Source of the DNA: a virus
IMG/VR virus record: IMGVR_UViG_3300036715_003254
Location: 64,001 to 128,000 of that record
Reading direction: 5' to 3' (one strand)
DNA: 64,000 nucleotides
A model generated the notes under the pieces. The model searched no databases and was not told the origin of the DNA. It saw only the letters and a list, made by a program, of their open reading frames with translations. The stretch's first letter is position 1; every line of letters begins with the position of its first letter. This document shows positions 38,180 through 48,872 of the stretch, one piece after another. The position numbers were made by a program, and so were the translations under genes.

Positions 38180-39082
38180 CTATTTTTCGTAATTTTCGAT
38201 AATCCATTCAAGAGATTTGTATTTGAAACCTGAAGGAACAGTGTCAAAATATCCAGTATAAATTTTGTTAATTATTTCGCCTTCAGCGATCTCGCTATAA
38301 ATCGGATCTTTTACAGAGACGCCTTTAGCTTCGAAATGCGCTCTTAACATCTTATAGAGTCTTTCTATCGTCACAATATTTTCCGGAGCAATAATATCGT
38401 ATGTTTGCCCCCAATACTCGTGTCGGAAATCATCTTCGACATCTTTAATAGCATATTCGATGCCGAAGATGAAATCTTCAACAGAAGTGAACGATCTAAG
38501 AGGAGAGAAATTTTGAGACGAAATATGAATTTCACAAACATCATTATTCATCATCTTGTTGTAGAAGTTTGCAAATACGCCGCTTTCTGGATTTTGATAT
38601 TTTCCAACTATATTGAAGAGTCTGAACACTATCGCAGGACTGTAAAATGTGTTAAAAATAACAGACTCGGTATATAGTTTATTTAGAGCGTAAAAATCTC
38701 TTTCGCTAGTAGAAAGAGGTCTTGTATCGTCAAAATGAAGCCCGTCGTAAACTTCAGATGTGCTCGTGAATATGACAGGAACTTTAAGTTCTCTTAACTC
38801 TGGAATAAGAATTTCTATTAAAAGAGCATTGTTTTTTATGAATGATTCTGGATTATTTTGAATGTATTTCACGCCGACAGAACTTGCGAGATTAATAACC
38901 ATCTCAGCGCCGAATGTTTTGAGATCTATCGGTTTTGTTAAATCATATTTAAAAAATCTGTCTTTATGAGATTCTAAAATAGGCTCTTCTCTATCAATTA
39001 GAACCAACTCGTGTTTGTCTTCTAACGCTTCAACAAGATGTGTTCCTAAAAATCCGCTACTTCCTAAAATCATTATTCGCAT
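38180..39082 (-). CDS. NAD-dependent epimerase/dehydratase (start revised to 39082)
   Basis: GSSGFLG, TSTSEVY, YALNK, RLFNIVG. Confidence 0.85.
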   Translation of the reverse strand: MRIMILGSSGFLGTHLVEALEDKHELVLIDREEPILESHKDRFFKYDLTKPIDLKTFGAEMVINLASSVGVKYIQNNPESFIKNNALLIEILIPELRELKVPVIFTSTSEVYDGLHFDDTRPLSTSERDFYALNKLYTESVIFNTFYSPAIVFRLFNIVGKYQNPESGVFANFYNKMMNNDVCEIHISSQNFSPLRSFTSVEDFIFGIEYAIKDVEDDFRHEYWGQTYDIIAPENIVTIERLYKMLRAHFEAKGVSVKDPIYSEIAEGEIINKIYTGYFDTVPSGFKYKSLEWIIENYEK

Positions 39083-39223
39083 ATAATTTCCTTTTATTCT
39101 TTTGATTAATAGATATTTATACAAATATTTCTATAACGAATATTATTACTGATTTTAGTTTAAAACTACTTTAATTGAATTCTGTTACACAAAAATTCTA
39201 GATTTCAATCCGTATTCTTCAAT

Positions 39224-40846
39224 TTACTGTATATTCACTTCTTTCTCAAAAAGGTCGAATTCTTGTTCTTGATATTCGGCTAGTCTTTCAAAAAAGTGTT
39301 TCAAACAATAATTTTGTTTCTTACCGTAACCACAGTCATCGACAATATCCCAAACTCCGACTTTGTCTTTACTATCGTGTAGCCTTAGCATACGTCCTAT
39401 ACTTTGAAGAAGTCTTATAGAAGATTTTGTACTTTCTCCTAGTATCAGGTGTCTTAGCTTTTTTATATTTACGCCTGTACTCATAGTAGCGTAAGAAGCG
39501 AATAGTATCGCATTATCGTACTGTTCAAGAATTCTTCTGATATACTCTCTCTGTTTTTCGTCAACAGCACCGGTTACAACGAAAATTTGAAGTTCTTCAA
39601 GAGATTTAACTTTTCCATATACTTCTTTGTATTGGCTTGCGTATTCAGTTCCTGATAGAAGTCTTTTAATTTTAGCCTCATCTACTTGATCATTTACATA
39701 AATCAGGTCTTTCTTCGATATTATAGCCGAAAGAAGCTCATTCTTAGTCAATTTAAAAATGAATTCAGCAGACTCTCCGACTCTTTGTTTAATCGTTTCC
39801 TTTACAAGAGGAACTCCGTGATTTTCTACTTTAGAAAAAAGACAAAGAGTATTTCCCTGTTTAGAAATTTTATCAGCAAGCTTAACTATAAATTTCTTTC
39901 GGTTTGAGTATTCATTCAAAAATTGATTTTCTTTTTGATATTCCATTTTTAAAACGGCTTTACAAACATCGTCAGGATATTTCAAAAATAGAGCATAAAT
40001 TTCTACAGGAGTAGCAAGACCCATCTCAATCAGTTTCTTAGTAGTCAAATACCTCTTACTTTGTCCTAAAGCGCCCTCAAGATACATTTTGCTTATATAC
40101 TCTTCCGGAAGTGTTCCTGTCAAACCTATTCTGTAAGGTGTATTACTAGCAGATATTACTACGTCTTTCAAACTTTGGGCAGCACAACCGTGAGCTTCAT
40201 CTACTAAAATACAATGAATGTCTTCAAACAGCTCTTTTGATTTATAGATTGACTGCCAAGTTGTTATAGTGATAGGCTTCTCGAAATGTTTTTCTTTTCC
40301 AGCACAAATTTGGTGAACATAATTTTCCAAATCTTTAAAGCCGTAATCTCTAAAATCAGAATACATTTGATTCACAAGCATAACATTTGGAACAATAAGA
40401 ACTGTCTTCTTATTCCAAGCCATCATAAACCTACTAATAATGTAGATTACCAAAGATTTACCTGAGCCTGTTGGTAGAAGAACGGTCTTTCTTCTCTCAT
40501 TTAAAGTTTCAAGAACGGCGTCGATTTGATAATCGAACGGTGTCATAGGTATATTAAGAGTCTCTATAAATGAAAGCAATTTTTCTCTAGTAATAATCGG
40601 CTCTGGAAGTGAAATTTTTAGATCGAATTTTTCCGCTAGCCTCTGTTCTAAACCTTTAGGGAATATGATATTTTGATTTTCATCTACCATATAGAGTTTT
40701 TCTCTACCATCCCATAGTCTTGCTCTAACTCTAGGATGAAACCTGTAATTAGGTATATATGGAGAAAGAAAGTCCATTATGGCTACTTTCTTGTCCATAT
40801 CATCTATTACTACACGGCTATAACTTTCATTTACATATTCTATCAA
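39224..40846 (-). CDS. uvsW: UvsW helicase
   Basis: WDG, PTGSGKS, TTWQS, DEAH, GLTGT, LQSIGR.LR. Confidence 0.92.
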   Translation of the reverse strand: MIEYVNESYSRVVIDDMDKKVAIMDFLSPYIPNYRFHPRVRARLWDGREKLYMVDENQNIIFPKGLEQRLAEKFDLKISLPEPIITREKLLSFIETLNIPMTPFDYQIDAVLETLNERRKTVLLPTGSGKSLVIYIISRFMMAWNKKTVLIVPNVMLVNQMYSDFRDYGFKDLENYVHQICAGKEKHFEKPITITTWQSIYKSKELFEDIHCILVDEAHGCAAQSLKDVVISASNTPYRIGLTGTLPEEYISKMYLEGALGQSKRYLTTKKLIEMGLATPVEIYALFLKYPDDVCKAVLKMEYQKENQFLNEYSNRKKFIVKLADKISKQGNTLCLFSKVENHGVPLVKETIKQRVGESAEFIFKLTKNELLSAIISKKDLIYVNDQVDEAKIKRLLSGTEYASQYKEVYGKVKSLEELQIFVVTGAVDEKQREYIRRILEQYDNAILFASYATMSTGVNIKKLRHLILGESTKSSIRLLQSIGRMLRLHDSKDKVGVWDIVDDCGYGKKQNYCLKHFFERLAEYQEQEFDLFEKEVNIQ

Positions 40847-41292
40847 AACTGCCCCAATTCAATAGCTAATTTTTTTAGTTCTATCCAATTCTTAATATCA
40901 AACCTTGTAGATTCAAGATTCTTTTTCATATCAATAAGCATCTCAATATAGGAAGACAATTCTTTCATCGAAGATTGAATAGATAAAAGAGAGGAGTCTC
41001 TTTCTAGGAATTCCTTCACTTCAGAATTGTTGAGCTTTATATTAAATTCGAATTTATAATAAGAATACCTTAAAGCTTCAGTCTCCTTATAGTATGTTTC
41101 CAATAAGTATAATCTTCTTTTTAGTCTTCCTATAAAGTCAATTATTTTAGCTACAAAAAGAGGAGCTGATTCAACAAATTCGTCGAATTTCTTTTGTTCA
41201 AGAAGAGAGCAAATTTCTTTATTTTTATCTAGAAATTTTTGTACTTGTTCTGATACTATTTCTAGATTCAAAATTTTTTCATTTAATGCCAT
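40843..41292 (-). CDS. uvsY: UvsY-like recombination mediator
   Basis: Helical 149 aa ending R.FDIKN.IE; adjacent to uvsW. Confidence 0.65.
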   Translation of the reverse strand: MALNEKILNLEIVSEQVQKFLDKNKEICSLLEQKKFDEFVESAPLFVAKIIDFIGRLKRRLYLLETYYKETEALRYSYYKFEFNIKLNNSEVKEFLERDSSLLSIQSSMKELSSYIEMLIDMKKNLESTRFDIKNWIELKKLAIELGQF

Positions 41293-42613
41293 CTATCTCT
41301 TCTTTCCACATATCTTCTAGGGATTTATCTTTATACTCTTTATATTCTTCAGCAAGCTTCTTTAAGCTTTTTAGAAGCTCTTCTTGTTTTTCTGGTGTCA
41401 AAGACCAAATTGGCATAGAAAGAAGTATATCGGTTTTGTCGGAAGCAGAAGGAAGTAATTCTTCAATCTTATCCACAATATATTGTTTAGATTTTCCATT
41501 GACTTCAATTTTTCCTTTTATAATAAGTTCTATGAAACGATATTTAGCTTCTAGTAAATCGACTTCCCTTTTTATTTTTCCTATTATAGCTTCTTTTCGT
41601 TTAAACATATATTCTAGTTTTATAGATATATATCTCTCTAGAATGTCTTCTACACTTTCGAATGTTTCAACTCTATTATGTTCGTTTAGACAAGTATAGT
41701 TTTCAGTTACCTTTTGAATTAGCTTCAAGTCATCAAGAATTTTTTCCTTAGTTTGTTGAGTGAATTTTCTATCACACTTAATATGAAATTTGAATGTGTC
41801 TTTTTTAGAGTCGCTCAGGTCTGTATAAGACTTTATCACTCCTTTTTCTTCAAGAGTGTTTAGTACCTTCACATATTTTTCTAGGTCGTAGTTTAAAGGT
41901 ATTTCTGTAATCATTAGCTCTGTTTGTGACAGAACATCAACCTTACCTATAATAGAGAAAGATTTTTCTCCAGTTTGAATAATATCACCTTTAAATCCAG
42001 AATAATAAGGAATTAGAAGCGTAGAGTCTTTAGTTCCATCTTTAAGATACTTTTCAATCCATTTCTTCAAGTTTTCTGGGTTTCTAGGAAGAATTTTTTG
42101 AGCATAACCATTACCTATACCTTCAGAGCCGTTAATTAACAAAATTGGTAGTGTTGGAACGAAAAATCTAGGCTCAATTTTTTCGCCCTCGAATGTTTGT
42201 TGAATTAATACATCATTATCTTCCTTCAAGAACAACTTGTCCATAATAGGAGACTTACAGGTAAATATATACCTTGCTTCTGATGCTTCATTATTATGTC
42301 TAAATCCGAAAGAAGCCTCTGGAAGAATAAGATTGATGTTATTTGCTCCAACAAAATCTTGAGCTAAACCTACTATAACATCATACATAGATTTTTCGCC
42401 GTGTAAATAGGAAGTTTCACCTATTACTTTACTACCTAGAGTCGAAACCTTAATTTTTTCTTTAATATTATTCTTTAACATAGTATAAACAACTTTCCTA
42501 CTTGACGGCTTTAAACCATCAACTACACTAGCGAGTTTCCTATAATTGTCGTAAACTGAAAAGAGTACATAATCATTATCAAAGAATTCTGTTATTTTTT
42601 GAGTTTTCATCAT
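41279..42613 (-). CDS. gp52: Type II topoisomerase medium subunit
   Basis: DGLKPS.RK, YLHGE, ARYIF, LLINGSEGIG.G. Confidence 0.92.
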   Translation of the reverse strand: MMKTQKITEFFDNDYVLFSVYDNYRKLASVVDGLKPSSRKVVYTMLKNNIKEKIKVSTLGSKVIGETSYLHGEKSMYDVIVGLAQDFVGANNINLILPEASFGFRHNNEASEARYIFTCKSPIMDKLFLKEDNDVLIQQTFEGEKIEPRFFVPTLPILLINGSEGIGNGYAQKILPRNPENLKKWIEKYLKDGTKDSTLLIPYYSGFKGDIIQTGEKSFSIIGKVDVLSQTELMITEIPLNYDLEKYVKVLNTLEEKGVIKSYTDLSDSKKDTFKFHIKCDRKFTQQTKEKILDDLKLIQKVTENYTCLNEHNRVETFESVEDILERYISIKLEYMFKRKEAIIGKIKREVDLLEAKYRFIELIIKGKIEVNGKSKQYIVDKIEELLPSASDKTDILLSMPIWSLTPEKQEELLKSLKKLAEEYKEYKDKSLEDMWKEEIDGIK

Positions 42614-42625
42614 CTTCCTTAAATA

Positions 42626-44479
42626 TTACATTGCGTTGATATCGAATATTGTCTTATCTACTTCTGACTTTCTCAAATCTGAGTTCTTACTACCGAACCA
42701 CAAATCCATTCTTTCCTTTGAGCCTTCATTATACTCTAGAGGGACAATAAACTTTTCAAATCCTCCAGCTTCGGAAAACATAGCTTCAAGCTCATTAGGT
42801 TTGTTTGAACCAAGACCTTTTTTATAGTCAAAAGTAAGCCCGTGTTTTGGGTTGTTTCTGATAAAATCTACATAATCTTTCATCTCTATAAAAAACTCTA
42901 CAGGTTTATTGCCTTTAATACCAACTATAATAGGTGTTCTTAAATAGCAAATTTTACCATTCAGAAGCATATCAGGATAAAACTTTTGACAGAAAACAAG
43001 TAGAAGCCCTCTAATTGATATTCCGTCCATATCAGCATCAGTAGCTATTACTATTGAGTCATATTTTTCAGAATTCTGAATTGTCATAATATTTTGAAAC
43101 TCGACATTTTCTCTTATTTTTTGCGCCGATTCTTCAAGAACATTTAATGGCTTTCCTTTAAGAGGGAAGAAACCAGACTTCTCTCTACCTATAACTTTCG
43201 CAATAAGGTTAGTCGCCGAGTCGCCTTCTCCCAAGAACAAATACCTTTTCTCTTTTTGAGCGGAAACATACTTGTTTACCTTAACTCTTTTAACAACCTT
43301 TTCAGTCATACTTTGAAGAGCTTTTCTTTCTTTTAGCTCTTCTTTAATTTTGTGTGTTTCTATAATAGGAAACATTATATCATCATTTTTGAAAAGTTTT
43401 GTTACTATTTTGTCAAAATCTATTTCACCAAAATATTGTCTTAGCTCTGTTTTAGGATTGTCAAGCTTCTCTTTTGTTTGTCCGTCCCATTTCTTAGCTT
43501 TAAGGTCTTTCATAAGACAAACGATTTGAAGTTTGTTTTTAATATCTCCGTTTTTTATCTCTTTATATTTCTTAGAGACTTTCTCTCTTAATCCACTTAC
43601 TATATTTTCCATCAGGTAATCAATATGAGTTCCACCAGAATTTAGTGTAAGACCATCTACTATGGAAAAATGTCTGAAGTCGTCGAATTCATTCGGAAAA
43701 ATAGAGAACGAATACTTTCCAAAATTAAACAACTCAAAATTTTCACCGAAAGTTTTATAAAACTCTGTACCTTGAAGTTGAATTTTCTTACCATTCAAGG
43801 TAAATTTAATTTTCGGGAAAAATAGTGATAGGTAATACAGTCTTTGTTCTATAAGATTAATATGAGTTTGATCAATATACTCTAGACCAAAGGCTTCTAC
43901 ATTCGGAACGAATGATACTGTTGTGCCTTTCTTAGTTGATTTTTTGACTTCTACTATCGGTTTTGAATCGCCTCCTGCGGAAGTAAGTGTTAACTGATTT
44001 TTTCCGTCAGCCGTTACGCCTATAAACTCTTTAGAAAACACTAGTGTAATAAAAGAGCCTACGCCGTTTGTTCCTCTTAGAACGCTATCATCGTCATTAT
44101 CGAAGTTGCTTCCTGCTCTTGCGTGACTCCAACAAAGTTCTGGAATGTAATATTTTCTTCCGTACTCATCTTCGCCGTATTCTACTGGAATACCATTTCC
44201 ATTATCACTTACAATTACTCTTTTTTCATCTATTGTAATATCAATTTTATTTCCAACTATGAAATTATTTCTTTCGGCTTCGTCTACTGAATTGTCGATT
44301 ATCTCATTGATGATTTTCAGAAGTCCAGGAACAAAAGAGACTTCTCTCATTGTATGTTTTCCGCCTTCTAGTACATACATCTCTTTTGTTTCAAGAGTTT
44401 TCGAGCCTAGATACATTCCTGAGCGTTGAAATATGTGTTGAGCTTCGGATAGTTTTCTGTGAGTAGGTTTTTTATTCAA
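42626..44479 (-). CDS. gp39: Type II topoisomerase large subunit (unsplit gp39+60)
   Basis: EIIDNSVDE, DNG.GIP, GTNGVG, EGDSA, PLKGK, DADMDG, KGLG. Confidence 0.92.
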   Translation of the reverse strand: MNKKPTHRKLSEAQHIFQRSGMYLGSKTLETKEMYVLEGGKHTMREVSFVPGLLKIINEIIDNSVDEAERNNFIVGNKIDITIDEKRVIVSDNGNGIPVEYGEDEYGRKYYIPELCWSHARAGSNFDNDDDSVLRGTNGVGSFITLVFSKEFIGVTADGKNQLTLTSAGGDSKPIVEVKKSTKKGTTVSFVPNVEAFGLEYIDQTHINLIEQRLYYLSLFFPKIKFTLNGKKIQLQGTEFYKTFGENFELFNFGKYSFSIFPNEFDDFRHFSIVDGLTLNSGGTHIDYLMENIVSGLREKVSKKYKEIKNGDIKNKLQIVCLMKDLKAKKWDGQTKEKLDNPKTELRQYFGEIDFDKIVTKLFKNDDIMFPIIETHKIKEELKERKALQSMTEKVVKRVKVNKYVSAQKEKRYLFLGEGDSATNLIAKVIGREKSGFFPLKGKPLNVLEESAQKIRENVEFQNIMTIQNSEKYDSIVIATDADMDGISIRGLLLVFCQKFYPDMLLNGKICYLRTPIIVGIKGNKPVEFFIEMKDYVDFIRNNPKHGLTFDYKKGLGSNKPNELEAMFSEAGGFEKFIVPLEYNEGSKERMDLWFGSKNSDLRKSEVDKTIFDINAM

Positions 44480-44588
44480 ACGACATCCTTTTTGCTTTTT
44501 TCCTGTTGTAAACTTTCTTTGATTTAACCGTAGTCTGATTCATCTTAATCTGTCTCTGATGAGAAAGAAGAATATTTAGATCTCTCAT
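44472..44588 (-). CDS. 38-aa basic peptide; not in ORF track
   Basis: AAGGA RBS and early promoter; MRDLNILLSHQRQIKMNQTTVKSKKVYNRKKAKRMSFE. Confidence 0.5.
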   Translation of the reverse strand: MRDLNILLSHQRQIKMNQTTVKSKKVYNRKKAKRMSFE

Positions 44589-44650
44589 TTCAAATTCCTT
44601 TTTGAATTTAACTATGAGAGAATTATATCTAAATAAACTTAAAAATTTCT

Positions 44651-45487
44651 TTAAAACATTCTAGAGGCTTTCATAATTTCTTTTGCGTAATCAAAATTCG
44701 GAGTTTTGCAGTATGTGTTTTGTAGTCCTCTAGCTATGGCAAAAAGGTTTGTACCACCGGAATATAATCTAGCATTTCTAGCAGCTTCTAACACTCTAGA
44801 TGAGTTGTGAACTTCAAAATACCTAGCAACAGCAGCTTCTATACTAGGAAACCTTTGGACTTTATTAGGGTGTTTAACATCCATTATTCCCCACCAGTTA
44901 TTAGCAGCCTTTCCAACCTTGTCAGAACCTAAACCTGTTTCAACTACAGCTTGAGCTAAAGCAAGTTTTACTGGAATTGGATGTGCCTTTTTGATTATTT
45001 CTTCTTTGTCATCTAGAGAATTAAGACCATATTTCTTCATAAGAGGCTTTACTTCTTCTGGAGACTTAGCAGTTAGTAGCTTTCTTGAATCTTGTACTGT
45101 TTTCAAATTTTCTCTTTTTACTGCCTCTGAAAGTTGTATTACCTTCTTCGCTTGTTCAGGTTTCATTTGATTTAATTTGGATTGCGGCGGCGTAGAATAA
45201 TATATCGGCAAGACTTGTTTTAGCTCATTAATTTTTTTGTCTTTTTCTTGTATAACTTTTTCTTTTTCTTTGATGGTCATTTCTTTAGCCGATATAACAG
45301 CGTTCTTTTCCAAAATGATAGCGGCGCTTTTTGCGTTAAGCGATATAAGACCTACAATAAATGCAGTTAAAACAGAAGCAATTAATCCTGAAACTAAGAT
45401 TATGTTTCTTAATGTTTTCATTGGGTTTGTGTGTAAAGAATATAAAAGAGACTCTTTAGCTCTTTTGATTTTTTTCTTGAATGACAT
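44651..45487 (-). CDS. Membrane-anchored glucosaminidase (GH73/Bax-like)
   Basis: TM helix, coiled coil, then IPV.LALAQA..ETG.G....NN.WGI. Confidence 0.75.
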   Translation of the reverse strand: MSFKKKIKRAKESLLYSLHTNPMKTLRNIILVSGLIASVLTAFIVGLISLNAKSAAIILEKNAVISAKEMTIKEKEKVIQEKDKKINELKQVLPIYYSTPPQSKLNQMKPEQAKKVIQLSEAVKRENLKTVQDSRKLLTAKSPEEVKPLMKKYGLNSLDDKEEIIKKAHPIPVKLALAQAVVETGLGSDKVGKAANNWWGIMDVKHPNKVQRFPSIEAAVARYFEVHNSSRVLEAARNARLYSGGTNLFAIARGLQNTYCKTPNFDYAKEIMKASRMF

Positions 45488-45742
45488 TTCGGCTCTCCTT
45501 TCTTTATACAACCAGAAATCTTGAGACTTAACTACAATAAATTTGTCTCGACTGGTTCTTATGTGTTAGGGTGTTCTTCCTTTTACTCCTTTAAGCAATT
45601 ATACACATATTTTTATAAGGTAGTATTCTACCAACCACTTTGACGCATTTCCAATTCCTTTAATTTAGATAGATAATCTTATCTAATTTTAAATTAAAGA
45701 AATCTTAAAAGAAAATCGGCTCATTTAAGAGCCGAGATCCTA

Positions 45743-46162
45743 TCACTTAATTTCTATTTTAGTGATTTCAGGTTTTTTAGGCTGTTTTGAAACTATTTTC
45801 AATCTCAAAACACCGTCGTCCATCTCTGCAGAAATGTTTTCTACTTCTTCAAGAAGCGTTAAAACTCTCTTGAAAGATTTACTTGAAGATTGTTTCAAGA
45901 AGTATACATAGTCTTCAGAAACCTCTTCTTTTTTAGATTCTCCAGATATAATAATCTTACCTTCTTTCAGCTCGATATTAATATCTTCTTTTTTGTAGCC
46001 CGCAATAAACAGCTCTACAATAGTTTCTTTCGTTTCTTTGTTTACTTTGATGTCAATAGCCGGAAATTCTTTTTTCGGCATTTCTTTTACCGGAAATAGT
46101 CTACTTCCATCAAACATAGAATCGAAAAGTTTAAACGGATCTTCAAATCTTTTTTGTAGCAT
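45743..46162 (-). CDS. hsp20: Small heat shock protein
   Basis: FP.IDI, AGYKKEDI, FKRV.TL, A.M.DGVL, C-terminal IEIK. Confidence 0.9.
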   Translation of the reverse strand: MLQKRFEDPFKLFDSMFDGSRLFPVKEMPKKEFPAIDIKVNKETKETIVELFIAGYKKEDINIELKEGKIIISGESKKEEVSEDYVYFLKQSSSKSFKRVLTLLEEVENISAEMDDGVLRLKIVSKQPKKPEITKIEIK

Positions 46163-46285
46163 AGTGTTTCTCCTTAAAAAGCGAGTATTTTTGGACTTAC
46201 ATCAACAACAAAGACCTGACTGTTGAATGCCAAAAATTATTTTATCTATATTTAGTTTAACTATTTACACCAACTTTAGTAATAG

Positions 46286-46726
46286 TTATTTATATGATGA
46301 ATTTTGTTGTTTTTCTAACTGAAGCAATAGTGCTTTTAGTTTTGAAAATTTTGGAAATATTACCAATCTCAAAATATCACCATCTAATTTCGCAGAAACC
46401 TCTTCAACTTTTTCATTGATCGTCAACACTCTTTTGAAAGTTTTACTTGCAGACTGTTTTAAAATACAAGCACAAGATTCCGGAAACTTTTCTTTCGCTT
46501 TACCTTTTATTATGATTTTATTTCTTTTCACTTTGACTTTAAGTTCTTCTTTTTTAAAGCCTTCAACTTTCAGTTCTACAATAGTTTCTTCAGTTTCTTC
46601 GTTTACCTTTATATCAATAGGAGGGAATGCTTCCTTCGGTATATCTTTCATTGCGGCGACCTTTTGATATTCGTCAAGCCAAGAATCAAAAGGAGTAAAT
46701 GGCTTTTTAGGGTTTTTTTGAGACAT
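46286..46726 (-). CDS. Hsp20 paralog
   Basis: Same alpha-crystallin motifs. Confidence 0.85.
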   Translation of the reverse strand: MSQKNPKKPFTPFDSWLDEYQKVAAMKDIPKEAFPPIDIKVNEETEETIVELKVEGFKKEELKVKVKRNKIIIKGKAKEKFPESCACILKQSASKTFKRVLTINEKVEEVSAKLDGDILRLVIFPKFSKLKALLLQLEKQQNSSYK

Positions 46727-46779
46727 AATTTTCCTTTAAATGAAGTATTTCGGCGCTTAAATGAACCAATTTACTTTGT

Positions 46780-47124
46780 TCACTTTAGATTAGATATTTT
46801 TGAAACTATTCTCATTTTCAAAACATCGCCTTTTAACTCAGCGAACACTCTTTCTACTTCTTCATAAAGCGTTAGAACTCTTTTAAAAGTTTTACTTGAA
46901 GTTTGTTTGTAGAAGTAAGCATAATCTTCAGGAAGCTCTTTTTCTATTTTTCCAGTTACAATTATTGACTTCCCTTCCACTCTGATGTCAATATCTTCTC
47001 TTCTAAATCCTGTAACAGACAACTCTACGACCGCTTCTCTCTTATCTCCGTATTCTAAAATACTCACAACTGAATATTTCTTTTCTTGACAATCGATATT
47101 TTCCAAACCAACAATTTGAAACAT
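46780..47124 (-). CDS. Hsp20 paralog
   Basis: GFRREDI, KQTSSKTFKRVLTL. Confidence 0.8.
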   Translation of the reverse strand: MFQIVGLENIDCQEKKYSVVSILEYGDKREAVVELSVTGFRREDIDIRVEGKSIIVTGKIEKELPEDYAYFYKQTSSKTFKRVLTLYEEVERVFAELKGDVLKMRIVSKISNLK

Positions 47125-47140
47125 AAATTCTCCTTTTTAA

Positions 47141-47476
47141 TTAGTAAATTTCTATTTTAGTCATTTTAGGTTTTTTCGCTATTCTTGTAAATATTCTCAT
47201 TTTCAGAATATCATCTTCCAAGTCGGCATAAACCTTTTCTACTTCTTCGTGAAGTGTAAGAACTCTTTTGAAATATTTGATTGAAGACTGTTTTAGGAAA
47301 TACATATTATCGTCTGGAATTTCTTTTTTCACTTCACCTATTATGGTTATTATATTTCCGTATATTTTGATACTAATATCTTCTCTTTTAAAACCTGTGA
47401 CAACCATTTCTGCTGCTACTTCTCTAATTCTTCCGTCTTCCAAAATATTACAAAAAATGTATTCATTAGCACTCAT
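47141..47476 (-). CDS. Hsp20 paralog (start revised to 47476)
   Basis: GFKREDI, FKRVLTL, IEIY; AAGGA RBS before MSANEY. Confidence 0.8.
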   Translation of the reverse strand: MSANEYIFCNILEDGRIREVAAEMVVTGFKREDISIKIYGNIITIIGEVKKEIPDDNMYFLKQSSIKYFKRVLTLHEEVEKVYADLEDDILKMRIFTRIAKKPKMTKIEIY

Positions 47477-47540
47477 TTTTAATCCTTTCTTGTGGTATAA
47501 AATTTTAATATAGTTTAATGTATTTAATACATCAACACCT

Positions 47541-48395
47541 TTACAGCAATGAACCTTGTACATATTTCTTAGTATTGTTCTTTTTATTTTCTGCTTGTAA
47601 TTTCAGTTGTAATTTTTCTATTTCTGCTTCAAGTTTAGCTACAGTCTGTTCTTCATCATATACATATTCTGAAAATAGATACTTATGGTCTTCTGGTAAT
47701 ACATTATACATAGCAGTTGCTAATTCTCTTATTTCCCACAAAGCAGAAGGACTAGTTCTTAGTTGTAGAAAATTTTGAAGTGCTCTAGCATTTATAGTAT
47801 ACACTAATTCTGTTTTATATGACTCTATAAGAGCATATTTTGATTTATCGTTTGATATTCCTTCTACTACAAGTTTTCTAACTTCTTCTAGACCTCTAAT
47901 ACTAGCCAAATCTACTTCAGCAACACCTGTAATAACAATGTATTTTGATGCTCTCTTAATATGTTCTTCAGATCCATCTACAGCTAAGAATGGTTTTTCA
48001 TTTCTTAACTCTTTCAGAGTATATCTTGTCGATTTTACTGACATTGAAGCTATTCTGTGTCTAGCTAGTTCTTGTAGTAATGCTCTACTAACACCAACAA
48101 TATCAAAGCTATAAACAAGATGTTCTAGTGTAGATGAATGTTTGTTTTTATTTCCAACTCTATCTATTAAAAGTCTATCATTTGGACCACATTCAGTAGT
48201 GCTTATATACATTTCACTATCACAGTCATCACAATAACCATAACCACTAGGAAAGCTAGATACTATATTAGTACTTCCACATTTTACACATGTGTGTGTA
48301 GTTACAGTATCAGATTTATCTTGACTTTGCCAACATTTACGTATAGCATAAGAAGCTACCCAAAGTGGTGTATAGTGTAATAGAGTAACTTTCAA
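47541..48395 (-). CDS. thyX: Flavin-dependent thymidylate synthase
   Basis: HSSTLEH, SRALLQELARHRIAS.SVKSTRY, NARALQNF..LR. Confidence 0.93.
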   Translation of the reverse strand: MKVTLLHYTPLWVASYAIRKCWQSQDKSDTVTTHTCVKCGSTNIVSSFPSGYGYCDDCDSEMYISTTECGPNDRLLIDRVGNKNKHSSTLEHLVYSFDIVGVSRALLQELARHRIASMSVKSTRYTLKELRNEKPFLAVDGSEEHIKRASKYIVITGVAEVDLASIRGLEEVRKLVVEGISNDKSKYALIESYKTELVYTINARALQNFLQLRTSPSALWEIRELATAMYNVLPEDHKYLFSEYVYDEEQTVAKLEAEIEKLQLKLQAENKKNNTKKYVQGSLL

Positions 48396-48485
48396 AATTT
48401 ATCCTTTTTATTTTTATTATAACTTTCTTTTGTTTAAATTTATAGTGGTCATTATTATCTTTACACTAGACCAAAGTTTATTCTA

Positions 48486-48857
48486 CTATGAAAAATCGCC
48501 ATAAATGAATGAATAACCTTCATTGTCAAGGAAACAGTTTTCTGCTTGTAGTCTTGCACCTATCTCACCTGCTTCAGCCTCACTTTTTATATACTCACAA
48601 TAGTTCATTTTATTTTTCTGATGTGATGTTACTAGAGATATAAACTCTGTTAGTTTTATTCTTCTTCTATACTCATCAAGTATCATAGAATTAGATTTTT
48701 GAATATATTTTAGCCAATCCATAAATGATTTAATATCTACATTATCACCTCTAGCTCTTGAGTATCCTTGAAAAGTAAAAGTCCAACCTTTTGCTGTTTT
48801 ACCTATATGTAATTCTTCACCTGTTCTTATTGATTTAGCATAATAATTATTACCCAT
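48486..48857 (-). CDS. Conserved-looking phage hypothetical protein
   Basis: MG.NYY...HIGK...GW.F.FQ...I.DEY...D.EGY.F...DFS. Confidence 0.65.
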   Translation of the reverse strand: MGNNYYAKSIRTGEELHIGKTAKGWTFTFQGYSRARGDNVDIKSFMDWLKYIQKSNSMILDEYRRRIKLTEFISLVTSHQKNKMNYCEYIKSEAEAGEIGARLQAENCFLDNEGYSFIYGDFS

Positions 48858-48872
48858 CTTTGTTCCTTCTTT

